From contig JAQGDQ010000004.1 in NCBI GenBank assembly GCA_030141605.1, forward strand, positions 1,240,001 to 1,304,000: a DNA stretch of 64,000 nucleotides. The letters are read 5' to 3'. A model generated the notes under the pieces. The model made no database searches. It worked only from the letters and a program-made list of their open reading frames with translations, and was not told the DNA's origin. Made by a program: the position numbers and the translations under genes. The first letter of the stretch is position 1. Each line of letters begins with the position of its first letter. Source of the stretch: Tubiluchus corallicola (Eukaryota; Animalia; Priapulida). This document shows positions 13,361 to 25,047 of this stretch, one piece after another.

Positions 13361-15750
13361 AACTAGGTGAACATATTTAGCTTGCTATTTAAGAAGTGTC
13401 CATGTACTTAAGTAATTTGAGGTAACTCATTCACTCATATTGCACAGCCATTGTAGCAATACACCTGTGCATATAGAATTACATATAGGTCAGATGTGTC
13501 CTATATTTTTGAGCTGCTTCTATGCTTCAAATTTAAAAGACGTAAAAGTTATCAAATTACAAGATATTTGATTTATTTTGACTAAGTCATGACAACCTTG
13601 TAATTGCAGTTATTTACCAAAATTAGTTAAAATCCTTCACAATGCTCTTTGCAGTCATTGTAGATAATAGCATGAGATTGACTTTTGGACTGTTCCAGCT
13701 CAATTTAATGAACTATTAAATTGTAATGATAGCTCATAATTTACAGTTTCTTTGCAATTGTTACAATAGATATATAGGGCAATAACAAAAACTTTGAAAT
13801 TTTAATGTGTTGTATTTGTGCTAGATATTTCTGCACATATAATGTGATGGTTCCCACTGTTACTTATAAATTAGAAAAGTGATAGACCTGTTCTTATTGA
13901 CAGTGACTTTCCATTAATTAAAAAAGGGCAGTTGAGACACTAGGTATCTTTGACTATGTTAGTAAACTTAGTCATTTCGTTTGTTGCTCTGGCTTTAGTG
14001 AACATTAGACTAAGGCATGTCCTATGCTTTGCATTGTGATTTTTATTCTGGATAGTGAATTGCAGTGTGAGAGTGTAATGTCTGACCTTTCAACATGCAT
14101 TTTAACTTCCCACACGTTTCAGGACCTGTAACAGTATTGTTGCACCAACCATAATTGTTGTTTTCCTTATTATATGTTATTACATGCATTATTGTATGTT
14201 GTTGTTTGTGTTACACAATACATTGTTCAAAGTACTGCACTAAGAAAAACTTAATATTTGGCTTGATCCTTAACTACCGGTACTTGGTCTAGTCAAAGCT
14301 TATTTAACGTGTGAAAATAGTTCTCAGTTTCTCCAGTGGTATTAAATATGCACATTAATATGGATTGAATCTGTTTTGCCCTTCATTTGCAGTAGCCCAC
14401 GTTTCTTGATTAGGAATGGCCTGTTTTCGTTTACTTGTTAATTTTGGCGACATAATTCATTATGGAATAGAAAGAAGTGTTTCTGTTACATCTTATATTC
14501 ACAAATTACACTCCTGTGAACACTGTAGCTACATTCACCATACTAAGTTCTCTAGTGATAATTTATACTGTTTGGAATGCATAGATTTGCTACCTTACTC
14601 ACCAATTGTCCCAAGTCTAACTTATTTATATGTTATAAAATTATTGTAAATTAGCAACCAAAATACACAGTATAACAGATAAAATATAATAATGTATCAA
14701 AAGATGTACGATCATGCACTTTTCAAATGGTGAGAAATGTTTGTAAACTATGCTTGTTTTGTTTGCGTTATAAATTTTGCAAAATGGCCCATTTCTGAAG
14801 TAGTTTTTTTAACTAAAAGTCATTTTCTTTTGCTGTTGTGAACAGTGAGATATCAGGATTGTGAAATGGCCTAAATATCAAATGTACTAAAATCATGGTT
14901 AATGAAACGCAATAATGTGAAATTGTACAAATGCATAACGAGACAAAATAAAACTTGCTACTAAACATGCTAAAAAGTTAAGCATATTTTTTATGTAATT
15001 AATTATGTGTTAACAATAAATAACATTTGTTTAACTAATGTCTAAAAATAATGTTTGGCATTTGAATACTTTTAAGTCGCCATGACAACAAAACTGAATA
15101 GTTATAATAGTGCTATGTACTGTTTCTAAAGTTTAATTAAGATTAATTGAAACTAGTTACTATGAATGACTATAGTCAAATTTGAGTTCAACTACGGCTA
15201 TAATGGTCCCTAAAACCCGTAACATATATGAGCAGAGCTGGAAAAATAACATGCACATTCAAAATAAAAATTATGTACATGTATTATAAATGTAATACAA
15301 ATCAGCAGAACAATTACTACAGTTCCAAGCACTGTACTAGTACATGCAGTTATGCAAATTTATGGAATTTAATTTAGTTTACCAGCAGAAGCAGCAGATT
15401 ATAACATCAGTGTTTCTGAATTTGACACCATAATATGGAATTGTATGAAATAGCAAATACAAATCTTTTATGAAAGTTAAGAGTATTAAAATAATTGCAG
15501 TGTTGTTTGTGGGATGAATTTAAGCCATTTTACATTATATATTAATGTAATATATAAAAATGTATTCGTACATTCACTTATATTTTAAAATTTGCCCCAG
15601 AACACCCCCTTTCTAGGTCAGTAGCTACTCAGTTACTGTTATTCTGAATCACATGATAGATATCGATGATCTTGAAGGAGTGTCTCATTCTGAAAATTGA
15701 TAAATTAAGTGAATCAGCAACTCAGAACAGTACGAGAACGGTATGAGAGT

Positions 15751-16664
15751 CAGGGCCAGTGCTAGGAAGTTTGAGGCCCAATTAGAATATTGTTAGGGTC
15801 CCTCTACCTCACAAAAGCTGAAGATTGATGTTTTGTAGTTTGTGTAGTATGCCAGTCTCAGCCAAATAGCATTGAGGACTTGAGGCTTCATATTAGCAAC
15901 GACGATATACTAAAAATTGAAAGCCCACATGAAAGTTCTAATGTTTTATTACAAGCCAAGATAATTAGTGACTTACTGGTTGCGCATGAGCCTTCTAAAC
16001 ACAGACTTTTCTGACTTTTTTAACTGAGAAATCACAAAGTCAATGGTTCTTGTAATGTCGTTTTCTCTAGACAGCTCACCTTGTGAAATTGTTGACCATT
16101 GGTGTGTTTTAATTAGTTTTAGTTATGAAAAACTTCTTTCACCTTATGTTATGGGCATTGTTAAGTAAATCCTCAAATTGATACATGTATAAACGTTAGG
16201 AAATACTAGAGGGCCTTTAAGATGCTGAAATCTAGAATCTAAAGACTGAATAGCTTTGTCTAGCACGAAATTGAAACACTGAACTTTGTACAATTCTGTT
16301 ACAGCACTCTTTCTGTGTTGAGGTTTTGAATATCGTGAACAAATTAGTAAAATTAAAATCCAACGACGATCTACCAAATGCATATAGGCTCGCCAACTAT
16401 CTCTTTTTAAAAAGGTAAATGGCGATGATAAACTGAAATTACAAAACAAATAAACAAATGATCAGCAAAAAACATTGAAACATAGATATACAAGGACAGA
16501 CTGAATAGTTTCACTGATTTCACATATATCAAGAAACTTCGTACACACTGGACACTTATTAATTCATCATAGTGTCCTCCACTTGATTATATGCGTGGGG
16601 CCCCTCTTAATTGGTGCAGAGCACAGTTTGAACAAATCTTCTAACTGGCTTAAAACCGGCCCCG
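15751..16664 (-). mobile_element. Internally deleted hAT transposon with transposase remnants
   Basis: TIRs CAGGGCCAGT / ACCGGCCCCG and an 8-bp TSD ATGAGAGT / ATGAGAAT. Minus-strand remnants FNFVLDKAIQSLDSRFQHL and FPNV..LRIYLTMPIT..GERSFS*LKLIKT match the hAT C-terminal dimerisation domain, broken by a stop and a frameshift. Confidence 0.85.
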
Positions 16665-18263
16665 ATGAGAATCATCTATTACTTTACAGAGAATGCTAAA
16701 TTGTTAATAACGAACTTACTTATATGCAATATATGCCTATGAAATTGCATTCATTAGGTGAAGCTGCCATCGACAAGGTAGAAAAATCTCACAATAACAG
16801 AGATTCTTGTTACACTGAGACACTACTTTGCAAACACACACCTCAGTATTAATAGTCTTGATTTTACGTACATTATCGATTACTTATTTGTCAAAGAGAT
16901 TATTTTTATGACATTAGGGCCATCGTTCATCAAAATTTAGTCTTCTTCTCAACTGAAGTATTTATCAAAATTTCATCACGTAGGCCAAAGACCAGTTCAT
17001 TAGACTTTGTTCTTAGTCGTTTACTAGTATAAGCTTATGCTAGAAAATTAGTTATGTATATTGTATAATGGACAAAACATGTTGCACAAAAACTGCAGTA
17101 TGGTATAGTTCACACATTATAGCACATAAACGGAATAATATTATAGCAATTGGCAACATTTCAAGTAAAATTCAGGGGAGAAAAACAAAAAATATGTGTG
17201 GCCAGTTAACTACCAGATTGGTGGTAAAGGTAGATGATAAGCAATCTACTAAGTGCACTTACAGTTTAAATGATACTAAATATATAACTTTAGCTTGACT
17301 TCAGTGTTTTAGCAGTTGGTAGCTATTAAATCAATAGTAGTGACATTAGATCCCTTCAATCGAAGAGCCTTGAGGCGGTTCTCAAAGACCGCAGATTAAA
17401 CAACCTATAACAGACTTGGTGACTAGCTATTAAGCACACCTTATAGGAGAAGCATAAACAAAGAAAATAATTACAAATAAAACTTCAGCAATAGCAGAAA
17501 AAAGCCAAAAGCACTAAACGAACCATAAAAAATTCTCAAAAGACATGACTAGGAAGTTTTCACTAGCTTGCTTCATGGATGAACAAAATAAAATCACCAG
17601 TACTTAGATGATAATGACATAACAAAGACTAGCTCTCGAATGAGGTTGAACAGCAAATCATACTAAGACATTGCAGACGATAGAAGCATTCAAAACAAAA
17701 TACTTCACTGAAAACTAGTACATCGCATAAAGTGTAGTAACAAAACAAGATGCACAAAATGGCTGCTGCTTTGTTGAGTATCAGAAGCTCCCAAATATAA
17801 TTAATTATGCATAATGGTGTCTTAAAATTTACCATTGCAATTATACCTTATAACGTAAGACTTTTATTAACCTGACCTGAGTGCATCTGTTGCTAGAATT
17901 TATGTTTTTTCCCCAAAAAAAGTAAATTGAAAACCTGCATTTTAATTTTTGACTCCATTACAGGAAACTTAATTTTTATATTATAATAATTGGCACTCCA
18001 TTGTGATTATAACCATAGTGAGCCACGCATCACTGTCAGGCTATAAAATGGTAATGCTGCTACATACCACACTACCAGCTGGAAAGCAGAAGACAATTGA
18101 AACTATCACACCACAGTGACCACATTTATCACTTGCAGTGATAAATATGAGGTGATTCTTGCATGGCATTTGTTTTATTTGTAACATGGCAATTCTCTGA
18201 TATTTAACTAGTTTCCACATGCGAATATACTCTACGTTATTTGTTTATTATTCACTATTTAAG

Positions 18264-19196
18264 TTACGATGTCAGTTCTTCTCCAGGGACACCATAAAAT
18301 AACTTCCTCAGTGCCTCATATGAACAATTCACAATTCCCCATGAAATTAGTGACCTAGTAAAGTTCAAATGTACTCCACGAAACATTAATCTCCAGCTTC
18401 GGTTTCTGTCATTGAAAACAATTGCACAAGTTTTTGAAAATGACAAATATTCCCCGCCAATTTTTGATTGCATTCTGGTCTTGACAACATTAATAGGATA
18501 GAATAAGGTACTGATACTTGCACCTAACAAGGCACCGCAAACAAAGTGTTCAGCATAATACATATAAACTGACTCAGTTTTAGGAAATGCTTGCTTTAGT
18601 GGTCCTCGCAAACAAAAGAATAAAATATTACTTGGCCCATTGCGCATCATTATAGGCGTCCAACCACGAAATAGCTCTTTCACTCCAAACTGTGATAACT
18701 CCTTGAATGTATGCATTGTACCACTAAAACGAGAGTGATATGCCCGATCTTGTAGCACAACTTGGACACGTTCAAATGGTGTTAAAAGAGCTTCAGTTGA
18801 CCCAGCTAGCATAGCTGCCACTGGCCAGTTAATGTAATTAGGACACTTTGGTAAAAGATGTTTCATCATTTTCTTGTACTGATCATAAGTGCCAAACATG
18901 ATGCTCAGTGCTACAGCGCGTTGCAGAAACACGGGTGCAACGCCTCTGTATAAGCTAATGTAACCTTCATTTACTAACATATGAAAGGCTTTCCTAGCAG
19001 TAACACCATGTAGTTGTTGCCTAAACATCACTTTATTTAATGGAAAAGTTGCACTAATATTTATAACTGCTGCACAAGAACCGCATAAAAATTCTCTTGT
19101 ATCAGTGTGGTGAAGCTCGTGTTTGCTGTCTGATTTGTACCGATGCATTTCCATAGCATTTATGCTTTCCAAAAATTGCTCAGACAGTAATGTCAT
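18264..19196 (-). CDS. SLC25A51: Mitochondrial carrier of the SLC25A51/MCART1 (NAD+ transporter) type, 310 aa, single coding exon
   Basis: Three carrier repeats with SLC25A51-type signatures: EFLCGSCAAVINISATFPLNKVMFRQQL, GSTEALLTPFERVQ, RGWTPIMMRNGPSN, YPINVVKTRMQS, HLNFTRSLISWGIVN. The track ORF starts at a GTG (19214); the first ATG is at 19196. Exon acceptor at 19339. Confidence 0.9.
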   Translation of the reverse strand: MTLLSEQFLESINAMEMHRYKSDSKHELHHTDTREFLCGSCAAVINISATFPLNKVMFRQQLHGVTARKAFHMLVNEGYISLYRGVAPVFLQRAVALSIMFGTYDQYKKMMKHLLPKCPNYINWPVAAMLAGSTEALLTPFERVQVVLQDRAYHSRFSGTMHTFKELSQFGVKELFRGWTPIMMRNGPSNILFFCLRGPLKQAFPKTESVYMYYAEHFVCGALLGASISTLFYPINVVKTRMQSKIGGEYLSFSKTCAIVFNDRNRSWRLMFRGVHLNFTRSLISWGIVNCSYEALRKLFYGVPGEELTS

Positions 19197-20954
19197 GATT
19201 AGTACATGTCTCACTGATAATGTTCTGGTAGCATAGGCCTAGTCAACTTAGATTTACTATTTGTTCATTCACTCCCAAAATCTTCTAATTAATGACACTT
19301 GTTGCTTTAATAATCATCCACAGTTAGCTGAACTGAAATCTGCAATAAAAAATTAAGATACCTATGCAGTAATTTTTAAGCTAATACTAGATTTATCGCT
19401 GTACTATACTTGATTTCTGTACTGGTACCATTATTTTTCTACAAAATGATATTATGTCACTTTCTTTTTTAACCAAAATTTAATTATTGATATTTTTTGC
19501 AATCTAATTCACCTAGTGTCTTCCTCCTGTGGTTACAGCAAACAGCATCCAAAACACTAAATTCAAGTTTACCTTTCTTTTAATTTTTAGCCATTAGGGG
19601 CATTTAACGATAAATATTTTGAATAACACACAACATTCTAAATTCATAAATTTATAAAAAGGTAAGCAGAAAAATCTACAAAAATCATAACGTAGGGGAA
19701 TCGTCTTAATATCTTGTATTATAAAAGGCTCCTAAAATGCTTAGTAGGAGCTTAAACTAGTAGGAGGTAGGAGGTAAAGAATTTTGTGTTGGCATTGAGA
19801 AATTAGTGCTGGAATACAGGCAATGTTAGCTGATTCTATTATTTTAATGTCAAACGCCTAAACAAACTAGTTGAAAAGAAGACTGACAAAATATAGTGTT
19901 TGAAATGCTTTGCGATAACCACAGATAACAAAAACGATGTGTTGATGTGTAGTTAAAGATGAATGTGGAAGTGGTGATGGTGAGATAAATGTCAAAGTAT
20001 TTTCTAACTTTTAAGTGAAATACAAATATAAGCAATAATAATAGTAATAATAATACAAAAGTTAAAACATAAAACTATAGACCTAGATCTAGACCTTTGA
20101 TAGCTCAGTTTGCCATTTGAAATGAACCATTTTTCAAAAAGCATTCGACTGTAGACTACTGAGCTGCTAAAAGTTGTGAAAATTATCCACAAATCTGCAG
20201 TCTTTTGTGAGTTCACGCATCAAATTTCAGTTAAAAACGATTAACAATTTTTACCATTTTGTTGTTAAAGGGTCCATTTTCATTTTTATGTTACTAGAGG
20301 GTCCATCGTTCATCTTCATTGTACTTCGGGTCTTACCTGTCAGAAAAAAATTATCGTGTCCAATGCCAGACCTCTACCCACTTTGATAAGCATAAATTAT
20401 AAGATAAAAATATAAGAACAAACAAAGAGGCCTAATTGTCATTCTTGTAATCGTTATCACAAATAGGGTAAATTTGTGATTTTGTATAAATACTGTACTT
20501 AGATTATCGGCAAACCAAAATTAAATGGCACACTATTGTTGATTTATTCTTGTAATCTTACAGTTTCTAACACATATGTAAATACTTATATGTCGCATCT
20601 TTCCAAAGTAGAAATTCTAGAAAAGAAAGCTATCCAAGTAATAACATTTTCAGGCAGGGACCATACAGCAATTATTTTCACATCTCTTCATTAACTGCAC
20701 CTTTTTGACATTAAGTGCTTTCAGACTGCTGTATTCATTTATAGATTCCACAAAAAACTACTATACTTCTTATTCCAAAAATACTTTACTCTGAGCTCTG
20801 AATGTCAAATTATCACCTTGTACATTGTAGCACCAACTTTAGAATTAGTGACCATTCATATGGTATAATATTGTAGCTGAAATAAAAAATGGACCAACCT
20901 TACCTATATTCAAATCTAGATTTAAAAATTACAGTTTTGAGGCCTATAACACAC

Positions 20955-20957
20955 ATA

Positions 20958-20995
<38 letters not shown>

Positions 20996-20997
20996 TA
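20955..20997. repeat. (TA)n microsatellite
   Basis: Imperfect TA run, read directly. Confidence 0.85.
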
Positions 20998-21929
20998 TTA
21001 TCATTTATATATTATAGTTACAACATTTACTGGTCCATGGTTCTACATTGAATGCTGAATTCAAAGGCATACTTTTGACAATTATCATCCTATGGTTAAT
21101 AACGATCATAATGATATTGCGTAGCAAATTTTGATTGGAACCTAATTTAATAGATTTCTAGATATATTATAGGTTACTAGATATTATCTATCTACTCCCG
21201 AAAGTCTATCACAAATAAGTTATCAACATTTGCAGTTAGTATTATATGTATGTATAATTGGCCCTCTGTATATGATTTTTTGTTTTGTAGTTAAATTTTA
21301 ATTTCGTTAATTATATAGTTATCGTTGCCTACTTATGTTATGTGAAATCATTATGGTGAATAAACTAAACTAAACTAAACTAAACTATTACTATAAAGTA
21401 GCAATACTATGCAAGTGTTGCAATATGTCTTGGAACAGGAAAAATAACCATTACACTTGTTTTTCATCTGTTTTGCTAATTTACTAAGGTACCAACCACA
21501 GAATTTTAGATGTTTACATAATATAGTTAAAATTGCCAAATAATATTCTCAATAATTGTCATATTGCCCTCTAGGTGGCCCCTATAAGCTGCAGCTTCCT
21601 TGCATACATACTACATGATTGATTTAATGTTGTTTATTTTAATATCATAAGATGACAAACACCTAATTGTGAAATGTATAAACTGGTTTACATATTTCAT
21701 GGAAAAAATTATCTGTGTTACTTTGCGTTTACGTTTAGTCTAATAAATAAAATTTGAATTGTACATAAGTCTATTAGAACATAGGGTCCTGGTTATGACT
21801 AATTAACTAGAATGCCTGTCTCACTGACCCAGTCACCTACATTACTGCTACCATCAAAGGATAGAGGTTAAGCTGACAAATTGGTTATAAACCTCTCCAA
21901 TCTTCATTGATTTCTATACTTATGTCTTA

Positions 21930-22140
21930 AAAGAAACAGCAGCACTCCGCGAACATGGACTACGTCGCAAAACATCTTGCTGCTATTGACGCAGTCTAGG
22001 AACGACAAACTTTTCTGAGTTGTGCTGCCAATATCGATCTAATTGGGACTTAAACAGAGAAGGGTTAGTGGCATTGATTACATTGTCGGGTAACTCATTC
22101 CATTCGTCAACTACCCGCATCAAAAGATTCTCTCGAAAGA
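21930..22140 (-). mobile_element. CR1-type LINE 3' fragment
   Basis: Minus strand reads FRENLLMRVVDEWNELPDNVINATNPSLFKSQLDRYW, matching the CR1 ORF2 C-terminal pattern RVVxxWNxLPxxVVxAxxxxxFKxxLD. Confidence 0.75.
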
Positions 22141-22152
22141 ATTACATGTGTA

Positions 22153-23067
22153 GGGAGCTGAGTAACCCACTAGCCCAAGTAGGACACTTCCGGTAAAACC
22201 CATGTGCTAAAAGTAGTGTCCTACATGGGCAGCCCAAATAGGACACTAGCGATTTTTGTTGAGAAATGGTAATTTTGTCAAATTTTTAAAAATTCTGTGA
22301 AAGTTTCTTCATTTTATTGAAAATTGTGCTTGTTGGTTGAGTTGTTGTCAGTTTGGCATCATGAAAACTTGCTTGACCAGGTGTTTAACTCAGCATGCAG
22401 TACGCAGGTATTTATTTGCTGTGACTTTTGTAACTCGTTCACTGAAGGAGAGTTAGATAACAAAGCAGCTCATTTAGCACTCTAGCATTGTTCAGCAGTA
22501 TGGTTATAATAGAGGTGAAATGAAACAATACTACAGGAAAATGTCAAACATTGAAGTCATGTTATGTAGCCTGCTGTTATGAGTGCTAATGATGATAACA
22601 AACTGATTGGATGTTACCGACTCTGTAATGACTCTTTGTCAGACTTTTTCTGGATAAAAGGGCCCAATTTTGGGCAATTTTCAACATTTTTCTCTTGCTA
22701 GGGGAACCCCTGCTCGATTTGACTGCGATATTACATTATAAAGGTAAGAGCAAGTATCTTTTCATTTTTTGTTTCACTTTCTAAAAGTAGTACTAGTTGC
22801 TATTATTTTGGTTATCACATGATGTTGGTGAAACAGCTGTTTCTTTATAAAGCGGTAATTAGGAAAAACAAAAACAGTTATTTGGGTATTAATGCAAAAA
22901 GCTCTAAAGTATGCTGTACTGTAAATTAATTATTATTACATAAACAAGGACACCGGACGGTGTCAGTAGACTTAACGACTCAATTCGCGACCTGTCTCTA
23001 GTGTCCTACTTGGGCTAGCCCAAGTACGCCAATTGTCCTACTTGGGCTAGTGGGTTACTGGGCTCCC
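22153..23067. mobile_element. Non-autonomous TIR element (about 0.9 kb) with TA flanks
   Basis: TIRs GGGAGCTGAGTAACCCACTAGCCCAAGTAGGAC versus the reverse complement of GTCCTACTTGGGCTAGTGGGTTACTGGGCTCCC (2 mismatches). Subterminal GCCCAAGTAGGAC copies; TA on both sides; no long ORF. Confidence 0.85.
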
Positions 23068-23260
23068 TACAACGTGAACACTTATAATACACGACTTGAA
23101 TTAAACTGATTACCAATCACAATACTGTAGTTAATTCACAAATATCATTAAAACTGTGATAGACTGATAAATATTGCTAAAATGCAAATACGCAGCCTTC
23201 CTACAAGAACATAGTTGTTAACTATTCGATAGCTTAGCAGTAATAGCATTATCACTTTAC

Positions 23261-23300
23261 TTTGACATTTCCAAGAGTAACGGACGCCGCCATTTTTTCG
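23261..23300 (-). other. SLC25A51: Probable first exon of SLC25A51 with YY1-like AAAATGGCGGC motif
   Basis: Minus strand AAAAAATGGCGGCGTCC...GTCAAA|GTAAAG donor after 23261. The coding exon has an acceptor at 19339 that needs an upstream exon. Confidence 0.5.
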
Positions 23301-23361
23301 GTCAATTCAATTCAATTTTATTTCAAAAATACAGTCTATCGTCGTTCGTCATGGTCATTGG

Positions 23362-23795
23362 TAGGGGTGAGCATCGAACGTTCGAGTTCGAACATTCGAA
23401 TCGAATTCGAACGCTCGAATTCGATTCGAACGAGTTTTTTAGTTCGAACTCGATTCGAATCCAAAACTATAGATTCGAATAATTCAGCACTTCAATCACA
23501 TATGTTCCTGATCATTACAACGATTGAAACATCATGCAATTAACATAATTTAGTTGTTATTTCTGCGCACAACTTTAAGTAAATTACTAGTGGTTTTATT
23601 GCAGAACAAAATCTAGCGATATACATGATCTTTGTAAGACTAATTTTTACTGGTGGTTCGAAAACTAGTTCGAAAATCGTTCAATCTCAATTCGAATTCG
23701 GTTCGAATTCGAAACACTAAAGTTCGGTTCGAATTCGAAAGTCACAAATTCGGTTCGATTCGAATTCGCTTTCTGGTAGAGAATACTCACCCCTA
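23362..23795. mobile_element. hAT-type MITE rich in TTCGAA subterminal repeats
   Basis: TIRs TAGGGGTGAGCAT / ATACTCACCCCTA, an 8-bp TSD GTCATTGG / GTCAACGG, and dense TTCGAA/TCGAA arrays at both ends. Confidence 0.85.
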
Positions 23796-23998
23796 GTCAA
23801 CGGACAGTGGTCACTGCATTTGTATACAGTACGGAGGAGTCGTGGTGGGGGATCACTGGTTTAATTAGCGAGAATCGAGATATTTTCTTCTTTTCGGACA
23901 ACAAAATTTCAAAAATTTGGCAGCCACATGTTTTGTGATGGAAAACGTTCTAAACGTACGAGTACCTACGTTGTATGCTTCGTAATGAAAAAATGGGA

Positions 23999-25047
23999 TA
24001 GTGTTTTTCTCAAATTATCAAAATTTGTTGTAGGCCTATCAGTGTAACTGTTCGGTGCCGCGCATTGTAGGATGAAGAATGATTGACTATAATTTCTTTG
24101 GATAACGTATTTTTGGATTAGGTACAACTATTACTATTAAACATTTAAAGACTAGTAATAGTGGTATAAAATGTAAAAATTACTAAAAACGTAGGTTCGT
24201 TTTGGTGATGGATTTAAAATGTTGTTCATTGATAGATATCAATAGTTTTTTCAGCTTTGTACGTCGCTTAGAAGTAGCTTAACCATTTGCAGTGAGCTTA
24301 GCCACTTAACACTGAAATTTTGCAATTTGCGATTATTCTATGAGAATCAGAATCCCGTGAAACTCAAAAGCTAAATCGAGCATTAAATTAAAATGCAGCT
24401 AAGGTCTGCTAGAGAAGCTCCTCAACATGCCTTTGGTTTAGTGGAAAGGACTCAAAAAACCAAAAGACAGAGTCGCCCTAAGAAGAAGTCAAGTGAGTGT
24501 GTTGACATTGGAATGGTAACAGCTTTACGCATGTTTGATCATTTACCACATGTGTTACTTTTTGTTTACATGATGGCTGTCCAGCTGAGCAGCATGCTTA
24601 TGCCTGTTCCTGATACCGATATACATGGATATCCTGAGCACGAGGTAAATTTACTAGGAATCACTGTTAAAATAAATTAGTTAATTTGGGTTGGTATATT
24701 GTTATGTCTGTTTTAGGTACTACTTTATGAAAACTAATGTTTATTTTTGCATAAAGACATTCATGAGGTCAAAGGTATACTTTTGTAGTTTGGACTTGTA
24801 TTTTTGATATCAGTTGTCTGGAAAAGTTTCTATGTTTTTCTTTCTATCTTAATGTTGAGACTGAGTGCACTGAAATTGATGTAATGATGATCTAGTATTT
24901 TTCTCAAATTACCAAAATTTGTTATTGGCCCAGTATAAGCATTCATTCTCGTACATTGTAGGATGAAGAATGATTGAATTGAAGTTTCTTTGAATAAGGT
25001 ATTCTTGGATAAGCTATAACTATAAGGAATGTAAAAATCACTAAAAA
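23999..25047 (+). repeat. Diverged direct repeat pair (23999-24189 and 24893-25047)
   Basis: Both copies share TTTTCTCAAATTAYCAAAATTTGTT, CATTGTAGGATGAAGAATGATTGA and ATGTAAAAATYACTAAAAA. Confidence 0.7.

Noticed and set aside
13358-13366. NNT stop-codon readthrough
   Set aside because: The context is TGA-AAC-TAG, not TGA-CTAG, and readthrough would add only two residues.
18124-18146. 10-bp hairpin containing CAGTGA (IRE-like) downstream of the SLC25A51 stop
   Set aside because: CAGTGA is antisense to the mRNA and lies in the stem rather than the loop.
23386-23770. CRISPR-like or coding interpretation of the TTCGAA arrays (ORF 23262-23543)
   Set aside because: Eukaryotic context, no regular repeat-spacer period, and the arrays are enclosed by hAT TIRs and a TSD.
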